DNA of 58,291 nt, counting the filler, from Squatina squatina (Eukaryota), in NCBI GenBank assembly GCA_031763465.1. It is 3 parts of 3 records of this genome, joined end to end, with 100 filler letters (N's around TTAATTAATTAA, not from the genome) between each part and the next. Parts side by side here need not be neighbours in the genome. Positions count along the whole stretch, not along the records: positions 24,575 to 42,193 come from JARFOE010000013.1; positions 42,294 to 58,291 come from JARFOE010000080.1; 1 more part is not named here. One strand, written 5' to 3'. Below, piece after piece: positions 40,421 to 52,225 of the stretch. Positions within the stretch are counted from its first letter, which is position 1. Each line of letters opens with the position of its first letter. The position numbers and the translations under genes were made by a program. The notes below the pieces were generated by a model. It was not told where the DNA came from. It was given only the letters and a program-made list of their open reading frames with translations, and ran no database searches.

Positions 40421-41685
40421 GAATCGTACCCCAGAGACAATAGTTTCAGGAGAAATGGGGCAAGAGTTAGTGGACAAAATGTTAGTAGTCACCAGATGAT
40501 GTGTCAGGGAGCTGCATACAGCAGAAGGCACAATGATGAGAGAGACAATGATTTGGTATCATTGTGTTACTAATCATGACAGACTCCACAAATACATTTT
40601 TTTCACTGTAGTATGAATAAGAACTAAGATAAAAATCTGAAATCATTTTGCAGCTAATTTGCTATTTGCAAATAACTGATGCAAATCCAGGTTTAAACTA
40701 TTCTCCCCTCATCCAATAGCTGATTCATATTTAATTGCTAGTATTTGCTGAAGGAAAGGGCAGAGACAATATTAATCAGCACACGAGGTGACATCACCAT
40801 TATTGTATTAAAGTTTTGGTGTNNNNNNNNNNNNNNNNNNNNNNNNNNNNNNNNNNNNNNNNNNNNNNNNNNNNNNNNNNNNNNNNNNNNNNNNNNNNNN
40901 NNNNNNNNNNNNNNNNNNNNNNCTGACTTTTCTACAAATAGAGTTAGGGTTCTGATCTGCAGCCTCGCCTGTAATTGACCTGGGCATATTCTTAAAAGGA
41001 CATACAGCTCCACTTAAGCGGTAGACTATGGGGCTGCAACTCCATGGAGAAGTGCGTCCTGGTGTAAGTGCAGGGGTGCCTTCGCCAAGGCTGCTGGAGT
41101 AAGGGGAGGCCCTTTAATTTGAATGGGAATGGCAGCACTCATGGTACATGGGGCACATCTAGAGGACCTGCCTGCCGTGGTGGTGCAGTGGCTGTCTGGG
41201 ATAAATAACTGTCAAATGCCCCGACTGGCCCTTTTGTAAAGCGATAGTTAAAAATCCTATCAGAGAAATAGTCCAGAAAGGCCTTAATATAGGAAAAAGA
41301 AGTTTCTTTGTGACTCTTTAATAGTACTCGCCTGGCAACCCTGGACATTCAATTACATGAGTGTTAATTTTTTTGTTGTTGCCATAAACATGGTGTAAAA
41401 AGAGAAAGAAGATGTGGGAGATCTCAGAACAGCACCTTGGTTGCACCACCGCCCCACCACCATCCCACTGGAAGTGTGTATTGTGCACTATGGTAGTAGG
41501 GACCAGATATTTTTCCCAAACAGAATGTTCAGGACCAGGTGTTAATGAGAATTCCAATGAGAGAGGTTGGCTCCATTGTATTGCAGCTGTACCTAGCAGC
41601 TTAAAATCAATTTGCTTCACAATGTGGGCCCAGAAAAATGGCACTTTCAATGATCAATGTCTGAATCTTACTGATTATCTTGCAG

Positions 41686-41757
41686 GGACCTGAGATTCAA
41701 CAGGATCAGAGAAATCCCACCAGGAGCCTTTAGGAAGCAGAAGAACCTGAACACACT
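41686..41757 (+). CDS. PXDNL: PXDNL exon 2 (72-nt LRR exon)
   Basis: tatcttgcag...gtgagt. DLRFNRIREIPPGAFRKQKNLNTL, in phase with exon 1. Confidence 0.88.
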
Positions 41758-42193
41758 GTGAGTGATTACTCAGCTTGACTTATATACCTCATTTTATACA
41801 TTATGCAAGAAAACTGGAGAGCTGCAGCTGTGCACAAGAATTCTGTGCAGCAGAGACACAGTCAGAAGGTGTATACACCTTCTGTCACTATATCATATTA
41901 TTTGAACAATTTTATATTTGTCAAAGCTAATTAAAAATACTTTACTATTCTTCAAAACCACAAGAAGCCTGAAAATATGCTAAAATGTTGGCAGATGGGT
42001 GTTATAATAGTGTTTTTAATATGTGTATGTCACATGAAATACATGGAACTAATTTTAGTAATATCTTTGGTGACCAACAATTTTAATAATTAACTGTAAT
42101 GAGGATCAAAGGTATATCTAATTGTAGTTAATTAATATCTATGACTTGCATCATGTGACGTGCAGCTGGTTTTCTCTCGTGTTGAAGGGAACC

Positions 42194-42293
42194 NNNNNNN
42201 NNNNNNNNNNNNNNNNNNNNNNNNNNNNNNNNNNNNNTTAATTAATTAANNNNNNNNNNNNNNNNNNNNNNNNNNNNNNNNNNNNNNNNNNNN
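42194..42293. other. artificial scaffold linker N44-TTAATTAATTAA-N44
   Basis: Identical design to the first linker; separates PXDNL intron 2 from an RXFP2 intron. Confidence 0.95.
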
Positions 42294-42640
42294 GGGAGGA
42301 GGAGTGACATGGCTGAGACTTCCTGGGACAGCGCCACCAGTGGCCAGGAGGAAAACAAACATCACACACACCTCTGCCCCCAGTGCCCTTGTAAGGGTGA
42401 ACAGAGGTTCCACCTTTTACAAAGCCCCATGGTTTCCAGGTTCTCATCTTTTTTTTGTCCCTTTCCACCACACTTTCATTGTAGTTGCAACAGAAGTGTT
42501 CCAGAATGACCATAGAATTTCAGGCCCAGTGTTATGAACTGACAGATGGGATGATAACATGATAGATCTGCAAGAGTGAAAGCTTTACCAGCTTTTTTTT
42601 TTATAAGGCAGTTAAAACCTCAAAAAGAAATGATACTTAC

Positions 42641-42870
42641 AGCATAAAATTTTTATGGACATAGCATGAAGTTTGTTTTCAGCTCTAATAAGTGACCTCA
42701 TAAAAATGACGAAAAGGTTTCCAAAGCAAGTGAGACAAGCTATGACCCAGACAAATACTCTAAGGATGATATTTGCTAGTAAGTCTTCAAAGGAAGATAT
42801 GCCATCTGTATTTGGTTTACAACTGCGTACATGAGGAGAATACGCACAGTACTGAAATTTATTGAAGTAT
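42641..42870 (-). CDS. RXFP2: relaxin/INSL3 family peptide receptor 2, hinge + TM1 exon (230 nt)
   Basis: ctcttcacag...gtaagt. [76 protein letters not shown]; synteny with B3GLCT and HSPH1. Confidence 0.9.
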
Positions 42871-43756
42871 CTGTGAAGAGAAATAGCACAAACGACATTA
42901 CAGTGACAAGTATGTCCACTGTTAGCTGCTACATTATTGCATGTCTTGTCAGAAAAGGCATTGTACATTGAGTCTATAAAGTCGTATTAAAACATCTGTG
43001 GAAACCATAGTAAGTGTATAAAGTTTCACATTTGATTTTTTTGCAAAGCATTAATCAAACAAAATGGTCAATATCTAGTTTTTCATTTTAAAAAAGTGTC
43101 CAATGTTTCAGCTTAGTTTATGACGTACCAAACTTGCATGATTTTGAAACTGTGGATGCCATTTCAAAAATTTAGTATCCAATCATGACACAACAGTAAT
43201 AATGATGCATGAACAATTCTCAAACAGCTGATCGCCACTTAACTGGCATTAGAAAAGTTTGTTAATGCGGTTGTGGAACACACGATTTTTGTGGACAATN
43301 NNNNNNNNNACAGGCTTGTAAGAGCTATTATTGATTCTCAGAGCACCCATAGAGCTGTGGGTGCAAAAGTTTGTGCACTGATGAAGGAGGTAAGGCTTAG
43401 AAAAGCCTGTTTTACTGAGCATGCTCTTCATGTACTAGTCAAATTTATTATGGAGAAACATGACCACATTTTTGGTGGCTGATGACAGGCTCCAAATATG
43501 CAAAAATAACAAGCATTGCTACTGAAGGAATGAAAGTGTGTAAGTTATTCAGGAGTTGGCTAGTTTTCTGGATATAAACTTGAAAAGGAAAGATTTGCAG
43601 GACTATGGGAAATGAGCAGGAAAGTGGGACTAATGGATAAGGCTTTCAAAGAACCANNNNNNNNNNNNNNNNNNNNNNNNNNNNNNNNNNNNNNNNNNNN
43701 NNNNNNNNNNNNNNNNNNNNNNNNNNNNNNNNNNNNNNNNNNNNNNNNNNNNNNNN

Positions 43757-44084
43757 TGGAAAAAAACCAAAATACAGCGCAATGGGGACATTATTAAATT
43801 TTGCCTACCTGACCACCACTGTCTTGAATTAGCGCTCCCCGAGCGACCAGCTGAGGTGACAACCCCTCCTGCACCTGTCATTGTTGATGCTGCAGGACCG
43901 GAACTGAATTTTACATCCGGGGCAATAACGGGGCACTGCGCACTTGATGACATCATGATGTCCGAGTTGCAAGAAACCGAGGGGGTAAGTTTTAGCGCCG
44001 CGCCCAATCGGTAAGCCTTTTGTATCCTGTTATTGCCCCCCAGAGGCACTAAAGGGAGGTGCAAAGGAGGCCAATTTCTCCCCC
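43757..44084. mobile_element. GC-rich MITE remnant
   Basis: CpG-rich; shares gcgcactt-gatgacatca with 4182-4440; ends ggccaatttctcccc. Confidence 0.55.
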
Positions 44085-44389
44085 AAATTTTACATCTTTG
44101 AACTGAACATCCAAACTGAGCCAGTTCCACTCATTCGTAATACAACAATAAATTCTGGATTCCAGGCTCCTAGTAGGGAGGTCATGCTCAAAAAGTGTAT
44201 GGGCTGGAAATAGGACCACATACTCTGGAAACCGCTGGAAACTGTCTGTGGATTAAACTGCAGCCTTAGCTATATTTCATTTAGTCAATCATGTTAAGCC
44301 TGTGCTCATGTTTAAGCATGCAAATATTTATAAGCCTCATCCCTAAGCATTAAAATAAGTCACTGAGTATAAATAAACTGTTTACTTAC

Positions 44390-44461
44390 AATCGTCTGAG
44401 TTTGTAAAGTCCACAAAAAGCAGTTTTTGAGATGGATCTGATTCGATTATTCTGCAGATAT
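44390..44461 (-). CDS. RXFP2: RXFP2 LRR exon (72 nt)
   Basis: gccttgcag...gtaagt. YLQNNRIRSISKTAFCGLYKLRRL. Confidence 0.85.
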
Positions 44462-44639
44462 CTGCAAGGCAATGAAATTACGACTGTAACAGTTTTTTCA
44501 GTTAGTTTGTTAAACATTATATTCAGCATTGCAAATTTGAACAATCCCTGAGAAGAGCAAACAACTTGGGCATGTTTGTGTTCAAATTAATATTTGTCAT
44601 TACTTCAGGAGACCAAAAGGTAAATCTCACCTGCCTCAC

Positions 44640-45210
44640 AGAATCATACAGTACAGAAGGAGGCTATTCAGCCCATCATGCCTGTGCCAGCTCTTTGGTA
44701 GAGCTGTCCAATTAACCCCACTCCTCTGCTCTTTCCTCATAGCCCTGCAAATTATTTCCCTTCAGATATTTATCAAATTCCATTTTGAAAGTACTAAGGG
44801 CGCCCAATTGGTCTTTTTTAAGTTTGTGGCTATATGGGACCAATAAGTGTAANNNNNNNNNNNNNNNNNNNNNNNNNNNNNNNNNNNNNNNNNNNNNNNN
44901 NNNNNNNNNNNNNNNNNNNNNNNNNNNNNNNNNNNNNNNNNNNNNNNNNNNNTCCCCACAGTCCTGTAAATTTTTCCTTTCTAAGTATTTATCCAATTCT
45001 CATTTGAAAGTTACTATTGAGTCTGCTCCCACCACCCTTTTAGGCAGTGAATTCCACATCTTAACAACTCTGAATTCCACATCTTAACAGCTCACTGTGT
45101 AAAAACAATTCTCCTCATCTCCCCGCTGATTCTTTTGCCAATGACCTTAAATCTGTGTCCTCTGGTTACTGAACCTCCTGCCACAGTTTCTCCTCATTTA
45201 CTCCATCAAA
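44640..45210 (-). mobile_element. CR1-type LINE 3' tails interrupted by a MITE end and a gap
   Basis: cagtacagaaggaggctattcagcccatcatgcctgtgccagctc; antisense FDKYLKGNNLQGY; 23-nt tandem duplication at about 45048-45093. Confidence 0.75.
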
Positions 45211-45659
45211 ATCCTATATAGTAACAAACATGCTTTACATTTTACTGTTTTATGTTATCTTTTGGAATTCTCGTTATGTACAAAAAATGGATGAAAAAAT
45301 TGTTAAAAATAATTTGTTTAGCTGGTTTCAGCCAATCTTTATACCGTGTTGACAAATTGTTCACATGCCTCATTAAATAGAGCTGTAACTAACCTGAGGG
45401 TAATGAAGTTAGCACTGGATATAATCATTTTAACGCCTGTCAAGGGGATTATTGTGTAAATGAAGCAATGGCAGCTGGTGTATGGTGACTGGCTGAAGTA
45501 GTAATTTCCAGATTAAGTACACTTATTTGAGCTTTTAAATCAGGTACTTGAACATTCATGAGTCAGAACACTCTTACAACAATTATGTGTCCTCATGAAA
45601 GTTAAAGGAAATATATAGAAAGTCATGGTTGATAGACAAAACAATGAAAATGCACTCAC

Positions 45660-45731
45660 AGTTCCTCCAGATCATTATATATGATGAAAACATCAGCAGG
45701 CAGACTTTTGATTTTATTGCTCTTCAGAGAT
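45660..45731 (-). CDS. RXFP2: RXFP2 LRR exon (72 nt)
   Basis: cttttctccataatag...gtgagt. SLKSNKIKSLPADVFIIYNDLEEL. Confidence 0.85.
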
Positions 45732-46087
45732 CTATTATGGAGAAAAGTACTTTTAATATTTAAAATGCAATTGGTGTGGTGTAAAATTTCTTTCACCATG
45801 TTAGCCATGCAAATTTGTGCTAAGTTGTCTCAAATATATTAACGATGGCACGTGCACAAAGAATACATATAAGAAATCTTTTACATACGGCATTAATCCA
45901 AAGGTTCAAGAAACCAAGTAAGACATGGGCACAGAAAATCCATAGAGCTGTGATCCCAGCAGTTATGCTAGGATTGTGCCTGCCGCTTAACCTGTTGAAG
46001 GTCGGAAGGTCAGGGTGAGAGGCCCCCTGGGCCTCAAGGATTGGGTCTTTGGCAACATGGAGTGGTCAAGCTGGGACAGACAGATCA

Positions 46088-46400
46088 GGGGGGTGAAATT
46101 CGACAGGGTACGAAATTGGGTTAACGCCTACTCAAGGCGCTAACGGGGCGCTAAACAGTCTTTAGGCGTTAACTCGCTGTTTAGCGCCTCCCGCAAAATT
46201 CGCTAGGCAGAAACTTTAGGCGCAAAACTTTAGCGCCTCCACGGCCAGGCAAGATCATGTTTGCGCCTCCAATGACGTCATCAGTGCGTGCAACGCCTCG
46301 TTGGTACCCTGTTGCTAAATTCCCTAAACTTAGCACCTAAAGTTTGGTCAGAAAAAAGCCGAGAAAAGTTGGCGCTACACATTTTTCTCGGCCCAGTCCG
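46088..46400. mobile_element. GC-rich MITE/DNA transposon end
   Basis: Starts ggggggtgaaattcg; repeated tttagcgcc/ggcgctaa inverted motifs. Confidence 0.6.
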
Positions 46401-46667
46401 TCATCATGTTCAATCGATTCTGTTCCTGTTTGAGTGCCAGNNNNNNNNNNNNNNNNNNNNNNNNNNNNNNNNNNNNNNNNNNNNNNNNNNNNNNNNNNNN
46501 NNNNNNNNNNNNNNNNNNNNNNNNNNNNNNNNNNNNNNNNAGAAATTTGCAGGACCTAGCTGACACCTCCACAACTTCACTATAATCAGGAACTTAGAGA
46601 AATACAACTCTGGGGCTTTTTCACTCGGTACATTAATGTACATTATAACTGCTCTAAACATGAAACA

Positions 46668-46825
46668 AATTTGCATTTATATTGTGGCTATCATATCCTC
46701 AGGACATCCCAAAGCAATTGCAACCAATTAATTGCTTTTGAAGAGTAGTCACTTTATTGTAGGCAAATATGGCAGTCAATTTGAACACAGCAAGATCTGA
46801 CAACAGCAATGAGATAAATGGCCTG
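46668..46825 (-). mobile_element. Deu-domain SINE
   Basis: Antisense match to the 6608-6730 tail plus the Deu core (gatcttgctgtgttcaaattgactgcc). Confidence 0.75.
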
Positions 46826-48174
46826 TTATTCTGAGAATTTTGTTTGTAACACCATCCATCCCAAGAACTAGCGTGAGATTATAATACTTTACAATTTTGT
46901 GTCTGAGGCCAATGGAAACTGTGTTAAAACTGCCTTCATTGCATCTCCTGTAGGACTCTTACAGCCATTAGTGAGGAGGTATTCACTCTACCAATCTGGA
47001 CTAGCTTCAAGCCCAGTTCTGAGTTTGCAGCATGCATTACACTATAGAAAATGTCCAACCTCCCCATCAGTGTTCCAATTCAGTCTTTCAGCAATCATCA
47101 CATTTGAGAGATATCTGCCCTCGTTGGTTCCTCCCATTCAGACCTTACTATTGTGCCAAGTTATATAATAAAAGCTCATAGCATCATCCAAAAGGTAGAT
47201 TTTTAGTATCAAATAGGTTGAACTAAATTACTAAAACCAATATTAATAACAACCTCAGTAAAGTTAAAGCATGGCGCAAGAGTTTAATCGCCGTCATCTT
47301 TATGATCTGTAGAAACCAACAACAGAAAATTAAAGGCAGAGGGGCCTTTTTAAACTGAGTCTTTTCACATAGACCATTGATTCTCAAATTTACAAGTCCT
47401 CCCTTTTACAGATTGCAAATGGACTCCCCGCAGCAACCTTATGAGCAGTTTATACTGGTATAGTTTTGCAGCAAGTTATTAACCAGCTGTTCTGGGTCCT
47501 GCCAAAAATCTTGACAACTTTGCTCAAAGTGGACGGGTTACAAGGAGCNNNNNNNNNNNNNNNNNNNNNNNNNNNNNNNNNNNNNNNNNNNNNNNNNNNN
47601 NNNNNNNNNNNNNNNNNNNNNNNNNNNNNNNNNNNNNNNNNNNNNNNNAAAACAAAAATGCCAGCTAAATACATGGGAAAGGAAATTCCCACGACATTCA
47701 GCATGTTCAAAATCCCACTGACTATTTTTGTGCCACTCAGTTCATGCCACACTGTTGTCTATGCTGCTCCTCCAAATATGCCCATAACTGAGCTAGTTGC
47801 ATAGGGTTACATAACGAAGAGGCATTAAGCTAAAAGTAGGAAGAGAGCTATACAGGAAAGGTATGAGAGGAGAAAGGAAGGGCTTACAGGTTGGATTACT
47901 TGGTAGTTCAAAATATCCTTTAATATCCAGCTCCAGTTCATAAAGTTACTAGATTTCACTAGATTTTACAATATTTCATTTTCAATTAATCAGGTCTCAC
48001 AGTTTGCTCAGGCATTAGAGAAAAATAAAGTCTTATGAAAGCAAAATCTGATAAGTATTTGTTATTCAGTCGGAATACAAAATTGTAGCTGAACAGTAAG
48101 GTAACTTCTAATTTTATGGCATTATCAAATGTAATCAACGAGTTGGAAAATTATTTTAAGCTCATTTACAGTAC

Positions 48175-48274
48175 CTTATCAAAGTGTCGTCATCCACAAT
48201 CATGAGCCAGGGAACCTCAGGAACAGCATCACTAACAAATCGTTCCAGAATAGCAAATGTTTTGCCACAGTGCC
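48175..48274 (-). CDS. B3GLCT: beta-1,3-glucosyltransferase exon with DxD motif (100 nt)
   Basis: gtttcag...gtactg. [33 protein letters not shown]. Confidence 0.92.
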
Positions 48275-49495
48275 CTGAAACATACAAGAAACNNNNNNNN
48301 NNNNNNNNNNNNNNNNNNNNNNNNNNNNNNNNNNNNNNNNNNNNNNNNNNNNNNNNNNNNNNNNNNNNNNNNNNNNNNNNNNNNNNNNNNNNAGTAACTG
48401 TACACAAAACCCTTCCGGCACAAACTCAAAATATACTTGGTAACTTTGTGCTTTCTGATGAAACGTGAAATTAAATTGGCGGCAGTATTTTCTCCTTTTG
48501 ATGTACAACAACAGAATTCATAGCCACGAAAAAAAAAGTCAGTACTTTTCTTGGACCACTGGGAGTATAGCCAGATATTAGGGAATCAAGAGTGGAGGTC
48601 AGCACCCCTGTTTCGCAGCCTGCATGATTTTGTGCCCATTAAAATCAAAGGATGGGAAATTATGTGGGCAGTGAAACAAGATGTTTCACTCATTCTTGAT
48701 AGGCATTCATGTCCCGCAAAACTCTGCATTAGGTGCCCTAAAATGTAATATATAGACTGGCTCCCTTGCGGTCTTGCATCCAGTATTTAAGGGCCCAAAT
48801 TATAATAACAGATTCTTTGATTTGCTTGGCACCAAAATCCTCCCAACACCTGGTCAATGTTACAACTGTTGGACAGCAAGTCATGTGAGATTTTATTTTA
48901 AAAACTGACAGAATTAAAAATATTCCTCATGTTATTAACATGAGATGGCAGCATAATTAAATGGGATTTACAAGATTGACTGTACAAAACTATACATTAA
49001 GCTGTCAGGGTTATCAAGTTACCACAATGATGCCAAAACCATCATAAACTATCTAAGCTTTCATGGGTGTGGCCCAAATGCCACAATAAATCCACACAAT
49101 AAGATAAGAAAACCACTGAAATTACTGCTAACCCACACCATGCTTCTGAATAATCTGAGTGCCATTGAAATCCAAAATGTTGGTAGCAGCCATCTTGAAT
49201 TTTAGCAGAAACATCCCACTCTTGAAAGAAACTATAACAGTGGTGAGGGAAGATATTATAATCTTGGATTAATCATACTGAAGGATTTTTAAATTAGCAT
49301 GACGACCACAAATATTTGGAGCATGATTAACAGACTGCATCATGACATATTCAACGAGGTTGAATAGAGAAGCAAAAACCAAGTCAGCTTAACCGTAATT
49401 TTGCTGTGATCCCCAACACATTCTGATATTGCAGAGTTAGGAATGGTGAGGATTTACTGCAAATTACAAAAAATTCTGTATATTCAGTCACCTAC

Positions 49496-49591
49496 CTGTT
49501 GACAAGTGGAATGCTCATGGCCCAGCCAGCAGCAAAATCTGGATATTTAAAAACCATTGGATCTTCAGCAAAAGCGTAATGGTGAATAATT
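49496..49591 (-). CDS. B3GLCT: B3GLCT exon (5' part lost in gap)
   Basis: [31 protein letters not shown], then donor gtaggt. Confidence 0.92.
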
Positions 49592-50559
49592 NNNNNNNNN
49601 NNNNNNNNNNNNNNNNNNNNNNNNNNNNNNNNNNNNNNNNNNNNNNNNNNNNNNNNNNNNNNNNNNNNNNNNNNNNNNNNNNNNNNNNNNNNNNNNNNNN
49701 NNNNNNNNNNNNNNNNNNNNNNNNNNNNNNNNNNNNNNNNNNNNNNNNNNNNNNNNNNNNNNNNNNNNNNNNNNNNNNNNNNNNNNNNNNNNNNNNNNNN
49801 NNNNNNNNNNNNNNNNNNNNNNNNNNNNNNNNNNNNNNNNNNNNNNNNNNNNNNNNNNNNNNNNNNNNNNNNNNNNNNNNNNNNNNNNNNNNNNNNNNNN
49901 NNNNNNNNNNNNNNNNNNNNNNNNNNNNNNNNNNNNNNNNNNNNNNNNNNNNNNNNNNNNNNNNNNNNNNNNNNNNNNNNNNNNNNNNNNNNNNNNNNNN
50001 NNNNNNNNNNNNNNNNNNNNNNNNNNNNNNNNNNNNNNNNNNNNNNNNNNNNNNNNNNNNNNNNNNNNNNNNNNNNNNNNNNNNNNNNNNNNNNNNNNNN
50101 NNNNNNNNNNNNNNTCAAACAAAGTAGGCAAGTGAAATGTATGATAAATGTGGATTATTATTTACGCCAGTTTCTCACATCAGATACAAATTGTTAAATT
50201 AAAAAACATTATGCAAAGGGCAACAGTAATTACTAAACTCCCTGTGTGTTTCTTATTCACTGGAATACCTTTGTTTTGTCATATCTACTAATGACTTCCA
50301 ACAGCTTTGGTATTTGTATCCTTGTTTGTTCTTCACAAAAGAAAATCCAGGATTTCTTGCCATAAGTAGTTGAAAGGCTAGTGAGAAGTAAAAGCAGTAT
50401 TAACATCAGAATAATACCCTGCTACTAAAACTAAATTACAGACATCACCAAAATCATCTCTCATTAGGTTCCAATGCTTTTTGGGCCAGCTGAATCCTGC
50501 CCAGTAAATCATTTCATCCAGTCTTTGAAGCACTTTTTCAATAATTTCCATGAACTAGA

Positions 50560-50834
50560 TTGATTCCTGGGATGGGAGAGTTGTCCTATGAGCAGAGATT
50601 GAATAGATTGGGCCTATACTTACTGGAACCGAGAAGAATAAGAGGTGATCTCATTGAAACATATAAAATCCTGAGAGGAAGGATAGGGTAGATGCTGAGA
50701 GAGGTTGTTTCCCTGACTGGAGAGTCTAGAACTAGGCGGCATAGTCTCAGGATAAGAGGTCGGCCATTTAAGACTGAGATGAAGAAAAATTTCTTCACAC
50801 AGGGTTGTGAATCTTGGGAATTTTCTACCCCAAA
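50560..50834 (+). mobile_element. HER1/CR1 LINE 3' region
   Basis: GESRTRRHSLRIRGRPFKTEMKKNFFTQ, the CR1 ORF2 C-terminus. Confidence 0.85.
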
Positions 50835-50934
50835 NNNNNNNNNNNNNNNNNNNNNNNNNNNNNNNNNNNNNNNNNNNNNNNNNNNNNNNNNNNNNNNNNN
50901 NNNNNNNNNNNNNNNNNNNNNNNNNNNNNNNNNN

Positions 50935-51030
50935 GACAATGCGGAGAAGCGCGTGGGCGGCGCGGGTCGAGCTGAGGGTGACAGTTTCTGGAACTTTCTT
51001 CGCATCTCAGTATTTAAAGTACGGGAGGAA
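50935..51030 (+). promoter_or_regulatory. HSPH1 proximal promoter: GC box, heat-shock element, TATA-like box
   Basis: CpG-rich patch; GGGCGG at 50955-50960; perfect nTTCnnGAAnnTTCn at 50985-50999; TATTTAAA at 51011-51018; about 130 nt upstream of the ATG. Confidence 0.8.
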
Positions 51031-51129
51031 GAAGCGAGCCAGCAGTGAGCGCTCGTTTACTGGCAGTTGCCGATCCAAGCATTATTTGTAACGTGCAAGG
51101 ATTGAAAGGGAACACTGTATATAGGTTGA

Positions 51130-51249
<120 letters not shown>

Positions 51250-51683
51250 TAAGTAATTTAAGTGGATTTCATTTCAAATAACGATACTGTTTTTTTTATT
51301 AATCGTGAAGGGCTGCTGGAATATTTCCACCCCTTCGGACGGATTCGCAATGTTGAGCAGAATATTTGCACAAAATGTGCTGTTAATTTTTTTTTGTACT
51401 TGTAATATTTTGTTAAGTTTACTCAGCAATATTTTTCAGCTTTAATGTTTGTGCTCTTTATTCATTAATAATAATTTGTGGGTTTTTTCATTTCACGATG
51501 TTTCGAAAGCTCAGTGAATACGAGATGCTGAAGTTTAAAATGCTGCTGGAGAGAGAAAATGCCTCCAAAATCGTAAATGTTTGTTCTTTAATTTGCAAAA
51601 AAGGGTGGGAAAATCTCCCAAAAAGTTGTTTTCCTTTAACTGAATTGGACTTGTACTTAAAATGTGGATTACATGAAAAATGT

Positions 51684-51713
51684 AGAATATGCTAGAAATT
51701 TCTAGAAACTGCA
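51684..51713. promoter_or_regulatory. extended heat-shock element in HSPH1 intron 1
   Basis: aGAAt-aTGCt-aGAAa-tTTCt-aGAAa-cTGCa: a perfect three-unit core plus in-register flanking units. Confidence 0.6.
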
Positions 51714-52142
51714 TGTAGGAAATAGAAGGTCCTCCTCTACAGGAAGGGATGTGGTTTGCAAACCGATGTACTGATTCCTTTTGGTGCTGTTCACACATCT
51801 TGTACTGATTTTTTGCGAAGTTGTTTTGTGAAGATAAATCATAGCAAATTTTATTTTAAAAAGTGTGGTATAAAATTTGCTGCAGTTCATGTGTATTAAG
51901 AGTTGGGCTCTGAAACTTTGTAGCTCGTAAATAATTCAGGATTAAACAGTAATCGATGCAGTGGTGTTACAGGTGGTTTGATCCAACCACCAGAAAATAT
52001 CTAATTTTTTTTTCAACTTTAATGTGCCGTGGCTTAATTGATNNNNNNNNNNNNNNNNNNNNNNNNNNNNNNNNNNNNNNNNNNNNNNNNNNNNNNNNNN
52101 NNNNNNNNNNNNNNNNNNNNNNNNNNNNNNNNNNNNNNNNNN

Positions 52143-52219
52143 TGATCTCATTGAATGGCGGAGCAGGCTCGAAGGGCCGAATGGCCTATTCCTGCTCCTA
52201 TCTTCTATGTTTCTATGTT
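52143..52219 (+). mobile_element. HER1/CR1 LINE 3' tail
   Basis: gagcaggctcgaagggccgaatggcctattcctgctccta...ctatgtttctatg. Confidence 0.8.
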
Positions 52220-52225
52220 CTGTTT

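Noticed and set aside
48455-48470. CTGATGA-aacgt-GAAA as a hammerhead ribozyme
   Set aside because: No stem II and no flanking stems can be formed.
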